A stretch of DNA of 56,208 nucleotides from Alphaproteobacteria bacterium (GCA_041940205.1 JBGTSP010000003.1:1-56208), one strand, 5' to 3'. Positions 36,898-47,142 are shown, counted from the stretch's first letter. The notes: generated from the letters alone by a model not told the origin. Program-made: numbers and translations.

Positions 36898-37929
36898 GTG
36901 ACTGTCCGCGAGCTGCCGCCCGAACCCTGGCTGCCGGGCGAGTCCCCCTTTCCGGTCCGCCGGGGCCTGTTCCTGGTCTGGAAGCCGGAGTGCCATCGCT
37001 CGCTGATGACGGCGCGCTGCTTCAATCTCGCGCTGTGCTGCATCTGGCCCTTCGACGACCGCAGCGCCGTGCACAAGCTGGCGCGCTACGGCGTCTCGAT
37101 GATCCAGAGCCTGCTGCTGCTGCTGCGCCGGCGCCCGGACTTCCTGGTCTGCCTGAACCAGCCGCCCTTCCTGGTCCTGCTGACGGCGCTGTACGGCCGG
37201 CTGGCGGGCGTGCCCTATGTCCTCGATTCCCATTCCGGCGCCTTCGGAAAGAGCCAGTGGGCCTGGTTCCTGCCGCTCTACCGCTGGTGCGCCCGGCATG
37301 CCCTGTTCAACATCAACCACAATCCGCTGGAACGCGACCGGGTGGCGGGCTGGGGCGCCGAAACCCGGCTGATCCCCGAGATCCCCGGCGAGATCGCGAT
37401 CGCCACGCCGCCGCCGCCGGTCGACACCCGGCAGATCGCCTATGTCTGCTCGTTCGCCCCGGACGAGCCGCTGGAGATGGTGTTCGAGGCCGCCCGGCGC
37501 TGTCCGGAGCTGACCTTCCGGGTGACCGGCAACCATCGCAAGGCGCCGGCCGCGCTGATCGAAAGCCGGCCCGGGAACGTGCAGTTCACCGGATTTCTCG
37601 AACGCACCGCCTACCTCGACCTGCTGCGCGGCTCGGCCGCGGTGCTGACGCTCTCGGACCGGCCCCACATCATGCAGATGGCGGCGGAAGAGGCGCTCTG
37701 CCTGGCGGTGCCGATCGTGACCAACCGCTCGCCGGTGCTGGAGAGCAGTTTCGCCCGCGGAGCCCGCTTCGTCGAACTCAATGCCGACGATCTCGTCCCG
37801 GCCCTCGAGGCGGTCTGCGACGACAACGCGTATTACCGCCGGGAGATCGCGGCCCAGCGAGAGATCCGCCGGGACCACCTGCGCGCCCTTCTTGACGAGA
37901 TTGCTTCCTTCTATAAGGCGACCCGATGA
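36898..37929 (+). CDS. Glycosyltransferase (GT-B fold)
   Basis: NQPP, DSHSGAF, SFAPDEP, FTGFL and EALCLAVPIVT. Confidence 0.8.
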   Translation: MTVRELPPEPWLPGESPFPVRRGLFLVWKPECHRSLMTARCFNLALCCIWPFDDRSAVHKLARYGVSMIQSLLLLLRRRPDFLVCLNQPPFLVLLTALYGRLAGVPYVLDSHSGAFGKSQWAWFLPLYRWCARHALFNINHNPLERDRVAGWGAETRLIPEIPGEIAIATPPPPVDTRQIAYVCSFAPDEPLEMVFEAARRCPELTFRVTGNHRKAPAALIESRPGNVQFTGFLERTAYLDLLRGSAAVLTLSDRPHIMQMAAEEALCLAVPIVTNRSPVLESSFARGARFVELNADDLVPALEAVCDDNAYYRREIAAQREIRRDHLRALLDEIASFYKATR

Positions 37930-38519
37930 ACGCGTTCGATCCGCTCTCCCTTTTCACGACCGTCCTCGACGAGCACGAGGCCGTCTGCCGCGCGGTCCGC
38001 GCGGAGCTGGCGCCGGGTTTCGCCGCGATGCACGAGGCCTGGGTACGCACCATCCGCGGCGGCGGCAAGATCCTGTTCTTCGGCAACGGCGGCAGCGCCG
38101 GCGACGCCCAGCACCTGGCCACGGAACTCGCGGTGCGCTACCGGGACGACCGGCCGGCCATCGCCGGCCTCGCCCTCACCACGGATACCTCGGCCCTGAC
38201 GGCGGCGGGCAACGACATGGGGTTCGAGCGGATCTTCGCCCGGCAGATCGAGGCGCTGGGCCGGCCCGGCGACCTGGCGCTGGGGATCACGACCTCCGGG
38301 CGCTCCGCCAATGTCATCGCCGCCCTCGAAACCGCGCGCGAGCGGGGCCTGGTTGCGGCGGCCCTTTCGGGCGGCGACGGCGGGGCCCTGCCGGGGCTTG
38401 CCGATCCATTGCTGATCGTGCCGTCGACGACGACGGCGCGGATCCAGGAGATGCACATCATGCTGGGGCAGATGCTCTGTCAGGCGCTCGAGACCGAGCT
38501 CGGGCTGGTGGCGCCGTGA
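37926..38519 (+). CDS. gmhA: Phosphoheptose (sedoheptulose-7-phosphate) isomerase
   Basis: GNGGSAGDAQH, TAAGND, TSGRSANV and RIQEMH. Confidence 0.93.
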   Translation: MNAFDPLSLFTTVLDEHEAVCRAVRAELAPGFAAMHEAWVRTIRGGGKILFFGNGGSAGDAQHLATELAVRYRDDRPAIAGLALTTDTSALTAAGNDMGFERIFARQIEALGRPGDLALGITTSGRSANVIAALETARERGLVAAALSGGDGGALPGLADPLLIVPSTTTARIQEMHIMLGQMLCQALETELGLVAP

Positions 38520-40015
38520 GCGTGAAGGAAACGGCGCGTCCCGGCGGCGACGGCGGTCTGCGGTCGCTGCTCGACGATCTCGCCGGCCGGCGGGTGCTGT
38601 GCCTGGGCGACATCATGCTGGACCGCTACGTCTACGGCAGCGCCGAGCGGGTCTCGCAGGAAGCGCCGATCCCGATCCTCAAGGTGCGCGATGCCAGCGC
38701 CATGCTGGGTGGGGTTGGCAATGTCGCCCGCAACATTGCGGCGATGGGCGGCGAAGCCCGGGTGCTCTCGGTGTGCGGGGACGACGAGGCGGGACGGATT
38801 CTGGCCGGCCTCGGCGAGGGCCAGGACCGGCTGGCTCTCGACCTGCTGACCGATCCCGACCGTCCGACCACGGTGAAGACCCGCTATGTCGCCGCCGGCC
38901 AGCAACTCCTGCGCACCGACGAGGAAACCGAACGGCCGGTGGGAGACGGCCTGGCGCGCGCGCTCGGCGAGCGGCTGCGCCAGGCGCTGGGCGAAAGCGA
39001 TGCCCTGGTGGTCTCCGACTATGCCAAGGGGGTGCTCGCGGACGCCGTCCTGGGCGACGCGATCGCCCGGGCGCGCGATGCCGGCCTGCCGGTGATCGTC
39101 GATCCCAAGCGCGCGGCGCTCTCGGCCTATGCCGGCGCGAGCGTGATCAAGCCGAACCTGAAGGAGCTGGCAGTCGCGACCGGTCTGGCGGTCGACGACG
39201 ATGACGCGGTCGAGGCCGCGGCCCGCGCCGCGCTTGCCGATGCCGGGGTCGAGGCGATCCTGGTCAGCCGTTCGGCCCGCGGCGTCTCTCTGGTGCCGCG
39301 CGAGGGGCCGGTGCATCACTTTCCTTCCGTCGCGCGCGAGGTCTACGACGTCTCGGGCGCGGGCGACACCGTGATCGCCGCGCTGGCGCTGTGCCTGGCG
39401 GCCGGCGCAGCGCTGCCCGAAGCGGCCCGTCTCGCCTCGGTGGCCGGCGGCATCGCGGTCGAGAAACTCGGCACCGCCGCGGTCGGCAGCGCCGACATCG
39501 CCGATGCCTTGCGCCTGCTCGCCGGCGCCCCGCACGAGGCCAAGCGGGTCGACCGCGGCACCGCCGCCGATCGCACCCGGCGCTGGCGCCAGGAAGGCAA
39601 GACGGTGGCACTGGCCAACGGCTGCTTCGACCTGCTGCATCGCGGTCATCTCTCGATGCTGCGGCAGGCCCGTGACCGGGCCGACCGGCTGGTGGTGGCG
39701 CTGAACACCGATGCTTCCGTGCGCCGGCTGAAGGGCGCGGACCGGCCGCTGCAGGACGAGGACACCCGCGCGGCCGTCCTGGCGGCGCTGGAGATGGTCG
39801 ATCTCGTCGTGCTGTTCGCCGAGGACACCCCGGTCGATCTGATCAACGCGCTTCGGCCGCACCTGCTGGTCAAGGGCGACCAGTACGACCCCGACTCGAT
39901 CCCCGGCGTGCGCGAGATCCGCTCCTGGGGCGGTTCGCTGTTCCTGGCGCAGGTCGAGGAGGGATATTCGACAACCGGTACGGTGGCGCGCATGCGCGAC
40001 GGGCCGTCGGCGTGA
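38516..40015 (+). CDS. hldE: Bifunctional heptose-7-P kinase / heptose-1-P adenylyltransferase
   Basis: GDIMLDRY, SQEAPIP, SDYAKG, DVSGAGDT, GCFDLLHRGH and VKGDQY. GTG 38516. Confidence 0.93.
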   Translation: MSVKETARPGGDGGLRSLLDDLAGRRVLCLGDIMLDRYVYGSAERVSQEAPIPILKVRDASAMLGGVGNVARNIAAMGGEARVLSVCGDDEAGRILAGLGEGQDRLALDLLTDPDRPTTVKTRYVAAGQQLLRTDEETERPVGDGLARALGERLRQALGESDALVVSDYAKGVLADAVLGDAIARARDAGLPVIVDPKRAALSAYAGASVIKPNLKELAVATGLAVDDDDAVEAAARAALADAGVEAILVSRSARGVSLVPREGPVHHFPSVAREVYDVSGAGDTVIAALALCLAAGAALPEAARLASVAGGIAVEKLGTAAVGSADIADALRLLAGAPHEAKRVDRGTAADRTRRWRQEGKTVALANGCFDLLHRGHLSMLRQARDRADRLVVALNTDASVRRLKGADRPLQDEDTRAAVLAALEMVDLVVLFAEDTPVDLINALRPHLLVKGDQYDPDSIPGVREIRSWGGSLFLAQVEEGYSTTGTVARMRDGPSA

Positions 40016-42045
40016 GCAACGAAGCGCAGGCCGAGGAAACCGGGACAGCCGGCCGGGGCGGCGGCCGGCTGGAGCGCCTGCGCTGGTACCGCAACCGGCT
40101 GGCTTCGATGTCGGCGCCCGAGGTCGCCTTCCGGGTCCACGAGCAGGTCCGGCGCGCGATCTCCCGGCGGCTGCTTCCCAACTTCGCCGCGGCGGTGAAC
40201 GACGACGGCGCGGCTGCGGGATTTCCCGCGCTGCCCGGCCTGGCCCAGGGCGTCGGCCGGCTCGCCGGCTCGCCCGGCATGATCGCCGCATGGCAGGACA
40301 TGGCCGCGCGGGTGCGCGACAACCGTTTCGAGGCGCTGGGCGTGGCCTGGCCGGCCCGTGGCGGCCTGCCCGGCTGGCACCTCGATCCGGTGAGCGGCAG
40401 GGAATGGCCGGACGACGTCTACTGCTTCGATGTCCGCTATCGCCACTCGCCGGGCTATGGCGATGTGAAATATGTCTGGGAGCTCAACCGCCTGCAGTAT
40501 CTGCAGCCGCTGGCCGCGCTGTCGGTGCTGGCGGAGGACGAGGACCTGGCGGAACTGGTGATCGGACATGTCGAATCCTGGATCGACGGCAACCCGCCGT
40601 TTCGGGGCGTGCACTGGGCCAGCGGCATCGAGCTGGCGCTGCGCATCGTCAGCCTGCTCGTGGTCTGCTCGCTGCTCGGGCCCGAACGGTTCTCGGCCGA
40701 TCGCCGCCGCAAGCTGCTGGAATGCCTGGCGGCTCACGGCTACTGGCTCAAGCGCTATCCCTCGCGCTATTCGTCGGCCAACAATCACCGCGTGGCCGAA
40801 GGCGCCGGCCTGTTCCTGCTCGGCGCGCTGGCGCCGCAGATCCGCTGGGCGTCCCGCTGGCAGGCCTACGGGCGCGCGGTGCTGGAGGCGGAGGTCCAGC
40901 GGCAGTTCCACGCCGACGGCGTCGGCGCCGAGCAGTCGCCGACCTACACGGCCTTCAGTCTCGAATGGATGCTGCTGTGTCAGCGTGTCGCCCGGTTGCT
41001 GGGCGCGCCCTTCTCCGATGCCTATACCCAGAAACTGCTGACCGTCGGTTCCTGCCTGCGGGCCTTCAGCGATGCCGCCGGCAACCAGCCGCGCATCGGC
41101 GACGACGACGAGGGCTTCGTGCTCGGCGGCGCCGACGGCGCCGACCGTTACGTGAACTCGGTGCTGTCCTGTCTCGCGGCCGATTCGGGCCACGCGGAAC
41201 TGGCGCCGCCGCGCCTGCACCTGCAGTTCCGCAACGCCCTGTTCGGCATTCCCGACCCCTCCGGCGACCGGCCCGAGGAGTTCCGGCATTTTCCCGACGG
41301 CGGCTACAGCGTCGCCCGCAATCACGATTTCGGCGTCGAAAGCCTGTTCGTGTTCGACCACGGCCCGCTGGGATTCCTGGCGATCGCGGCGCACGGCCAT
41401 GCCGACACCCTGGGCGTCTGGCTGCATGTCGGCGGCCGCCCGGTGCTGATCGATGCCGGCACCTATCTCTATCACGCCGGCGCCGACTGGCGGGACCACT
41501 TCCGCAGCACCGCCGCGCACAACACCCTGAGCATCGGCGGCGACGACAGCTCGGTGATCTCCGGTCCCTTCAACTGGTCGCGCAAGGCGACCTGCCGGCT
41601 GCGCGAGGTGGTCAGCGATCCCGCGCACTGGGCCGTGGAGGCCGAGCATGACGGCTTCGTCGAGAACTACGCCTATCGCCATCGCCGCCGGGTCGAGCGC
41701 ATCGCACCCGGGCGCATCGACATCACCGACTGGCTGGACGGCGAGGGCGGCGCCGAGCGGATCGAGGTGGGCTTCCTGTTCGCGCCGGACCTGACGGTCA
41801 GCATGTCCTCGCGGGGCTGGCTCGTCACCGACCGCGAGCATCGACGGATCCTCCAGCTTCGACATGCCGGGCCGCTGAAGGGCTGGGTCGAGAGCGGCCT
41901 GGCCTCGCCCAAGCGCGGCTGGTTCTCGCCGCGCTTCGGCCACAAGCAGCCGGCCTCGCGTCTGGTCTTCGCCGGGAAGATGTGGGAAGGCTTGGAGGCG
42001 CGGTTCACCATCGAGGTGGAGCCGCCCGCGGGAGTACGGGGATGA
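40012..42045 (+). CDS. Heparinase II/III family protein
   Basis: DVKYVWELNRLQ, SANNH, EQSPTY, AHGHADTL, DAGTY.Y and FRSTAAHNT. Confidence 0.88.
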   Translation: MSNEAQAEETGTAGRGGGRLERLRWYRNRLASMSAPEVAFRVHEQVRRAISRRLLPNFAAAVNDDGAAAGFPALPGLAQGVGRLAGSPGMIAAWQDMAARVRDNRFEALGVAWPARGGLPGWHLDPVSGREWPDDVYCFDVRYRHSPGYGDVKYVWELNRLQYLQPLAALSVLAEDEDLAELVIGHVESWIDGNPPFRGVHWASGIELALRIVSLLVVCSLLGPERFSADRRRKLLECLAAHGYWLKRYPSRYSSANNHRVAEGAGLFLLGALAPQIRWASRWQAYGRAVLEAEVQRQFHADGVGAEQSPTYTAFSLEWMLLCQRVARLLGAPFSDAYTQKLLTVGSCLRAFSDAAGNQPRIGDDDEGFVLGGADGADRYVNSVLSCLAADSGHAELAPPRLHLQFRNALFGIPDPSGDRPEEFRHFPDGGYSVARNHDFGVESLFVFDHGPLGFLAIAAHGHADTLGVWLHVGGRPVLIDAGTYLYHAGADWRDHFRSTAAHNTLSIGGDDSSVISGPFNWSRKATCRLREVVSDPAHWAVEAEHDGFVENYAYRHRRRVERIAPGRIDITDWLDGEGGAERIEVGFLFAPDLTVSMSSRGWLVTDREHRRILQLRHAGPLKGWVESGLASPKRGWFSPRFGHKQPASRLVFAGKMWEGLEARFTIEVEPPAGVRG

Positions 42046-43355
42046 GGATCAGCGTCTTCGGATTGGGCTATGTCGGCGCGGTCTCCTCCGCCTGCCTCGC
42101 CCGGGACGGCCACCGGGTCATCGGTGTGGATCCGAACCCCACCAAGGTCGAGCTGATCAACGCGGGCAAGACTCCGGTGATCGAGGCCGGCGTGGGCGAG
42201 ATGATCGCGGAGGCCGTCGATGCCGGCCGCCTGAGCGCGCTCTCCGACGGCGCGCGCGCGGTCGCCGAGAGCGATCTCAGCCTGGTCTGCGTCGGCACGC
42301 CGAGCCAGGCCAACGGCAGCCTGGACCTGAACTATGTGCGCCGGGTCTGCGAGGAGATCGGTGCGGCGTTGCGCGACAAGGAGGGCGGGCATGTCGTCGT
42401 GCTGCGCTCGACGATCCTGCCGGGCACCATGCGCGACCTCGTGATCCCGACGCTGGAGGAGGCTTCGGGCCGGCGTGCCGGCGAGGACCTGGGGGTCTGC
42501 AACAATCCCGAGTTCCTGCGCGAGGGCACCGCGGTCTACGACTACGACCATCCCCCGAAGACGGTGATCGGGGAAAGCGACACCCGCGCCGGCGACCTCC
42601 TGGCCAGCCTCTACGAACATCTCGACGCGCCGCTGCTGCGCGCGCCGATCGAGGTCGCCGAGATGGTCAAGTATGCCGACAACGCCTGGCACGCCCTGAA
42701 GGTCGGCTTCGCCAACGAGATCGGCAACATCTGCAAGGCTCTGGAAATCGACAGCCATGCGGTGATGGAGATCTTCTGTCAGGACACCAAGCTCAACCTT
42801 TCGCCCTACTATCTGAAGCCCGGCTTCGCGTTCGGCGGATCCTGCCTGCCCAAGGACGTGCGGGCGCTGACCTACAAGGCCCGCAGTGTCGACGTCGAGG
42901 TGCCGATCCTCTCGCACCTCCTGCCCTCGAACCGCCTGCAGGTGGAGCGGGCGATCGACATGGTGCTGGCCGAAGGCCGCCGCAGGATCGGCATCCTCGG
43001 CTTCTCCTTCAAGGCCGGTACGGACGACTTGCGCGAGAGCCCGGCCGTCGAGCTGATCGAGACCCTGCTGGGCAAGGGGCACGATCTGAAAATCTACGAC
43101 CGCAATGTCAGCGTCGCGGCGCTGACCGGGGCCAACAAGAACTACATCCTGAACCTCATTCCCCACATCTCCAGCCTGATGGTCGACAGCATCGACGACG
43201 TGCTTGAACACGGCGAGACCCTGGTGGTCTGCAACGGCGATCCGGCGTTCGACGACCTGCCCGGCCGGCTTCGGGCGGATCAGGTGCTGATCGACCTGGT
43301 GCGCATCAAGGGCGAAACGCAGGGTGACGGACGCTATGTCGGCATCTGCTGGTGA
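42042..43355 (+). CDS. algD: GDP-mannose 6-dehydrogenase (UDP-glucose/GDP-mannose dehydrogenase family)
   Basis: MRISVFGLGYVGAV, CVGTPS, NPEFLREG, YLKPGFAFGGSCLPKD and FKAGTDDLRESP match the AlgD pattern. Confidence 0.85.
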   Translation: MRISVFGLGYVGAVSSACLARDGHRVIGVDPNPTKVELINAGKTPVIEAGVGEMIAEAVDAGRLSALSDGARAVAESDLSLVCVGTPSQANGSLDLNYVRRVCEEIGAALRDKEGGHVVVLRSTILPGTMRDLVIPTLEEASGRRAGEDLGVCNNPEFLREGTAVYDYDHPPKTVIGESDTRAGDLLASLYEHLDAPLLRAPIEVAEMVKYADNAWHALKVGFANEIGNICKALEIDSHAVMEIFCQDTKLNLSPYYLKPGFAFGGSCLPKDVRALTYKARSVDVEVPILSHLLPSNRLQVERAIDMVLAEGRRRIGILGFSFKAGTDDLRESPAVELIETLLGKGHDLKIYDRNVSVAALTGANKNYILNLIPHISSLMVDSIDDVLEHGETLVVCNGDPAFDDLPGRLRADQVLIDLVRIKGETQGDGRYVGICW

Positions 43356-44574
43356 GGCGCGGCCGCTCGCCGGCCGCCGCATCCTGTTCATCGTCGAGAA
43401 CCTGCCCTCGCCGTTCGACCGGCGGGTCTGGCAGGAGGCGACGACCCTGCATGCCGCGGGCGCCCAGGTGGCGATCATCTGCCCGACGGGCAAGGGCTAC
43501 GAGGCGCGCTACGAATGCCTCGAGGGCATCCACATCTACCGCCATCCGCTGCCGCTCGACGCCTCCGGCGCGCTGGGCTACGCGCTGGAGTATTCCGCCG
43601 CCCTGTTCTGGGAATTCCTGCTGGCCTGGCGGGTGCTGTTCCGGCACGGTTTCGACGTGATCCATGCCTGCAATCCGCCGGACAACATTTTCCTGATCGG
43701 CGGTTTCTTCAAGCTCTTCGCCGGCAAGAAGTTCCTGTTCGACCATCACGACATCAACCCGGAACTGTATGAAGCCAAGTTCGGCCGGCGCGACCTGTTC
43801 TATCGCCTGATGCTGGCCTGGGAGCGCTGGACTTTCCGTACCGCGGACATCTCCATCGCCACCAACGAGAGCTACCGACGCATCGCCATCGAGCGCGGCG
43901 GCATGCCGGCGGACAAGGTTCATGTCGTGCGCTCGGGCCCCAGCCTGGAGCGGCTGCGGGTGCTGCCCGCGGTGCCGGCGCGCCGGAACGGACGGGACTA
44001 TCTGGTGGGCTATGTCGGAGTGATGGGCCAGCAGGAAGGCCTGCACTACCTGCTGCAGGCGGCCCGCCACATCGTGCATGTGCGCGGCCGCCGGGACGTG
44101 CATTTCGGACTGGTCGGCGGCGGCCCCTCGCTCGAGGAGCTCAAGGCGCTGGCGGTCGAGCTCGAGGTCGACGATCATGTCACCTTCACCGGCCGGGTGC
44201 CCGATCAGGACCTGCTCGAGGTGCTCAACACGGCCGATGTCTGCGTCAACTCCGACGAACACAACGACATGAACGACAAGTCGACCATGAACAAGATCAT
44301 GGAATACATGGCGCTGGGCAAACCGATCGTGCAGTTCGACCTGACCGAGGGCCGCTTCTCCGCCGGCGAGGCCTCGCTCTATGCCCGGCCCAACGACGCT
44401 GTCGACATGGCCGAGAAGATCCTGGAGCTGCTGGACGATCCCGAGCGTCGCGAACGGATGGGGAGCCTCGGCCGGCACCGGGTGGAGAACGAGCTGGCCT
44501 GGCCCTACGAGGTGCCGAAGCTGCTTGCGGCCTATGCCGCGCTGTGGGCCGATGAAGCGGAGCGGCCGGCATGA
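43336..44574 (+). CDS. Glycosyltransferase family 4
   Basis: VENLPSPFDRRVWQEA, HACNPPD, DHHDINPE and NKIMEYMALGKP. Confidence 0.9.
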   Translation: MSASAGEARPLAGRRILFIVENLPSPFDRRVWQEATTLHAAGAQVAIICPTGKGYEARYECLEGIHIYRHPLPLDASGALGYALEYSAALFWEFLLAWRVLFRHGFDVIHACNPPDNIFLIGGFFKLFAGKKFLFDHHDINPELYEAKFGRRDLFYRLMLAWERWTFRTADISIATNESYRRIAIERGGMPADKVHVVRSGPSLERLRVLPAVPARRNGRDYLVGYVGVMGQQEGLHYLLQAARHIVHVRGRRDVHFGLVGGGPSLEELKALAVELEVDDHVTFTGRVPDQDLLEVLNTADVCVNSDEHNDMNDKSTMNKIMEYMALGKPIVQFDLTEGRFSAGEASLYARPNDAVDMAEKILELLDDPERRERMGSLGRHRVENELAWPYEVPKLLAAYAALWADEAERPA

Positions 44575-45758
44575 AACTGAGCTACGAACTGCTGACCCGC
44601 GGCGGCCTGATCCTGTTTCTCTGCATTGCCACGATCGCGCTGTTCAACCTGAGCGACCGCTACCGCCCGATCGGCGAGAACCTGCTCGCCGACAGCGGCT
44701 TCGACGGGGAACTGCGCGACTGGCGCATCGACGACAATGGCGGCGAGGTCGCTGCCGGCGGCGGCGTGCTGCGGATCGTCAACCGCACCTACGATGCCGC
44801 GCCGGTGGCCGAGCAGGTCATCGGCCGTCCGGAGACCGACTATGTCGCGGTGCGCGCCGAGGTGCGCTACCGCGACGTCGAGGCGTCCGCGATCGACTGG
44901 CAATCCGCCCGGCTGCTGCTGGTGCAGCAGCTCGAGGGCGGGCGCAGCGACTGGAAGCTGCCGCATACGGCCTTCGCCGCCACCGGCACCAGCGACTGGA
45001 TGTCGGTGGAGCACGTCTTCTGGCTTGCCAATACCGTTCAATCGCTGCTGTTCCGGGCCCAGGTCACGATCGTCACCGGCGAACTCGAGGTCAGGAACCT
45101 GCAGATCCTGCCGATGAAGGAGCGCGACGGCTTCACGGTGCTGCGCTACATGCTGATCCTGCTCTGGCTGGTCGCCTGGGTCTGGATCGTCGGCCCGCTG
45201 CTGTCGGTGCAGTACCGGCGGATCCCGCATTATCTCGCGCTTCTGGTCGGGCTCGCCATTCTCGCCGGCTCGCTGACCCCGCACATTGCCAAGAACGAGC
45301 TGCGTCAGACCCTGTGGAAGAGCTGGCACACCGTCAGCGATGCGGTGCGTGGCGAAAGCGCGGCGGACAAGCCGGCCCCGGTCATGACGCAACCGGTGCC
45401 GACTGACGAGACGGTGAAGGAAAAGAAGGTCCGCGTGCAGCGCGAGATGAAGGTCTGGGAACTCTGGTTCAAGATCCAGAAGAGCGGCCATTTCGGCCTG
45501 TTCCTGCTGCTCTCGCTGTTCGTGGTCTGGGCCCGTCCGGACCGGCGATGGTATGAACTGGCCGGGGTGCTGCTCAGTTTCGCCGTGATCGCCGAGATCC
45601 TGCAGCTCTTCGCCGTCGACCGGCATTCGCAACCCCGGGACGCCCTGATCAACGTCGTCGGCGTGACGGCCGGGCTGATCGTCGCCCTGGCGATCCGGAT
45701 GTTCTGGCGCCTGATGTTCTCGCGACGCGCCCGCCGGGCCAGGCCGGCGCCGGGCTGA
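44571..45758 (+). CDS. Membrane protein with periplasmic CBM-like domain and C-terminal VanZ-like domain
   Basis: NLLADSGFDGELRDW, then TMs, KSGHFGLF, EILQLFAVDR and DALINVVG. Confidence 0.75.
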   Translation: MKLSYELLTRGGLILFLCIATIALFNLSDRYRPIGENLLADSGFDGELRDWRIDDNGGEVAAGGGVLRIVNRTYDAAPVAEQVIGRPETDYVAVRAEVRYRDVEASAIDWQSARLLLVQQLEGGRSDWKLPHTAFAATGTSDWMSVEHVFWLANTVQSLLFRAQVTIVTGELEVRNLQILPMKERDGFTVLRYMLILLWLVAWVWIVGPLLSVQYRRIPHYLALLVGLAILAGSLTPHIAKNELRQTLWKSWHTVSDAVRGESAADKPAPVMTQPVPTDETVKEKKVRVQREMKVWELWFKIQKSGHFGLFLLLSLFVVWARPDRRWYELAGVLLSFAVIAEILQLFAVDRHSQPRDALINVVGVTAGLIVALAIRMFWRLMFSRRARRARPAPG

Positions 45759-45823
45759 GGGTCGGGACGTCCTCGAAGCCGGAGGCGGAATTGCCCCGGA
45801 GGCCGGTTCAGCGCTGGGCCGGT

Positions 45824-46321
45824 TCAGCGCAGCGCCGGTGCGGCGCCGCCCCGCTGCGCGACGGCATCCTCGTCCAGCGCCGTCAGCCGCCGCGCCGCCG
45901 TGAGGGCGAACCGGCGGGTGATCTCGTTGCGCCGCGCGCCGCTCAGGCGCGGGCCGTCGTCGCCGGCCGGCCGGACGATCTCGGCGCCGAAGCGGTCGGC
46001 CAGGATCAGGCCGCGATCCTCGGGCAGGACCTCGGATGGAAAGCCCGGAGACACCGCGAAGAAGAAGCGGTCGCACCAGTCCTCGTAGTCGAGCCACTTG
46101 GTATCGGCGCGAAAGTCCGCCAGCGACGACTTGATCTCGACGATCAGCAGCGTCCCCTTGCGGTCGAGCGCGCAGATATCGGCCCGGCGTCCGGAACGCA
46201 GCGAGAATTCGCTCAGGCTGGCATAGTTCATCTGCGTCAGCAGGCGGACGACGCCGCGGGCGATGTCCGCCGCGCCGTTCGCCACCGCGCCGTTCGCGGC
46301 CATGTCGGGAGCCGGGCTCAT
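45824..46321 (-). CDS. mmcB: MmcB family DNA repair protein
   Basis: IARGV.R, EF.L.SGRRADI, IVEIKSSLADFRADTKW..Y.DWCDRFFFAV and GLILADRFGAEI. Confidence 0.9.
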   Translation of the reverse strand: MSPAPDMAANGAVANGAADIARGVVRLLTQMNYASLSEFSLRSGRRADICALDRKGTLLIVEIKSSLADFRADTKWLDYEDWCDRFFFAVSPGFPSEVLPEDRGLILADRFGAEIVRPAGDDGPRLSGARRNEITRRFALTAARRLTALDEDAVAQRGGAAPALR

Positions 46322-47142
46322 CGCTTGTTCTTCAGCCTGCCGTGCGCGAGCGCCTTCAGGGGGCTGTCGGCGTCCCTGGCGCCTTCGAGGGTGAAATAGT
46401 TCCTGTTCAGGATCCGGCAGAGATAGCGCTCGCCGTTCTCGCGGTCGAAGGCATAGGCGACCTCCTTCTGCCGGATCGTCGGCGGCAGTTTCACCTCCAG
46501 GTCGGCGCCGTCGATCTGCCGCGCCTTCTGGATGATCCGCAGGCACATCCTGACATCGCCGGCCGCGGCCTCGGTGATGCGGTCCATCGGAGTTTCGCTC
46601 GGCGGTGGCGGCGCGCGCACTTCGAGGATGTGCCGGTGGAAGGGGGCGCCGCGACGGAAGCGATAGCGGAATTCCAGGCCGCCGACCTGCAGGGTGCGAT
46701 CCTCGCGTCCCAGAAAATATTCCTCCGAGCGTTCGATGCCGGCGATCTCGTCGGCGCCGATGAAGGACGCGGTCAGGCGCCGCAGCAGGGCTATCGCGAC
46801 CTCGCGGTCGGCATCTTCCGGCGGCGAGGCGCCGGTGCTGCGCCGGCCGTGCCAGCGCTGCCAGGTGAGCTGCAGGATGGCGGTTTTCTCGGCCGCGCCC
46901 GGTTCGCGGCGAACGCTGTACTGCACGGTGCGGTGACGCCCGGCGAAGCAGCGAAAGATCTCGATGCCGCCGCGCGCGTTCAGCGGCGAGATGATGTTGG
47001 TGCACCCGGTCTCGCCGTCGATGCGCGCACGGTCCTCGTGCACCGTCCCCAGCGACGGCCGGGCCTTCGGCGTGGCCTGCTGGGCCGGCGCGGGCGCGGC
47101 AAGCAGCAGCAGGATCGGAACGATGAACAGCAGGTGGGGCAT
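46318..47142 (-). CDS. Secreted hypothetical protein, paralog of 47259..48053
   Basis: Signal peptide MPHLLFIVPILLLLAAPAPA. LQLTWQRWH and ADREVA shared with the neighbour. Confidence 0.7.
   Translation of the reverse strand: MPHLLFIVPILLLLAAPAPAQQATPKARPSLGTVHEDRARIDGETGCTNIISPLNARGGIEIFRCFAGRHRTVQYSVRREPGAAEKTAILQLTWQRWHGRRSTGASPPEDADREVAIALLRRLTASFIGADEIAGIERSEEYFLGREDRTLQVGGLEFRYRFRRGAPFHRHILEVRAPPPPSETPMDRITEAAAGDVRMCLRIIQKARQIDGADLEVKLPPTIRQKEVAYAFDRENGERYLCRILNRNYFTLEGARDADSPLKALAHGRLKNKR

Noticed and set aside
46270-46300. GTTC...GTTC near the mmcB start as a LexA box
   Set aside because: The spacing is 11, not 7. It is the coding repeat ANGAVANGA.
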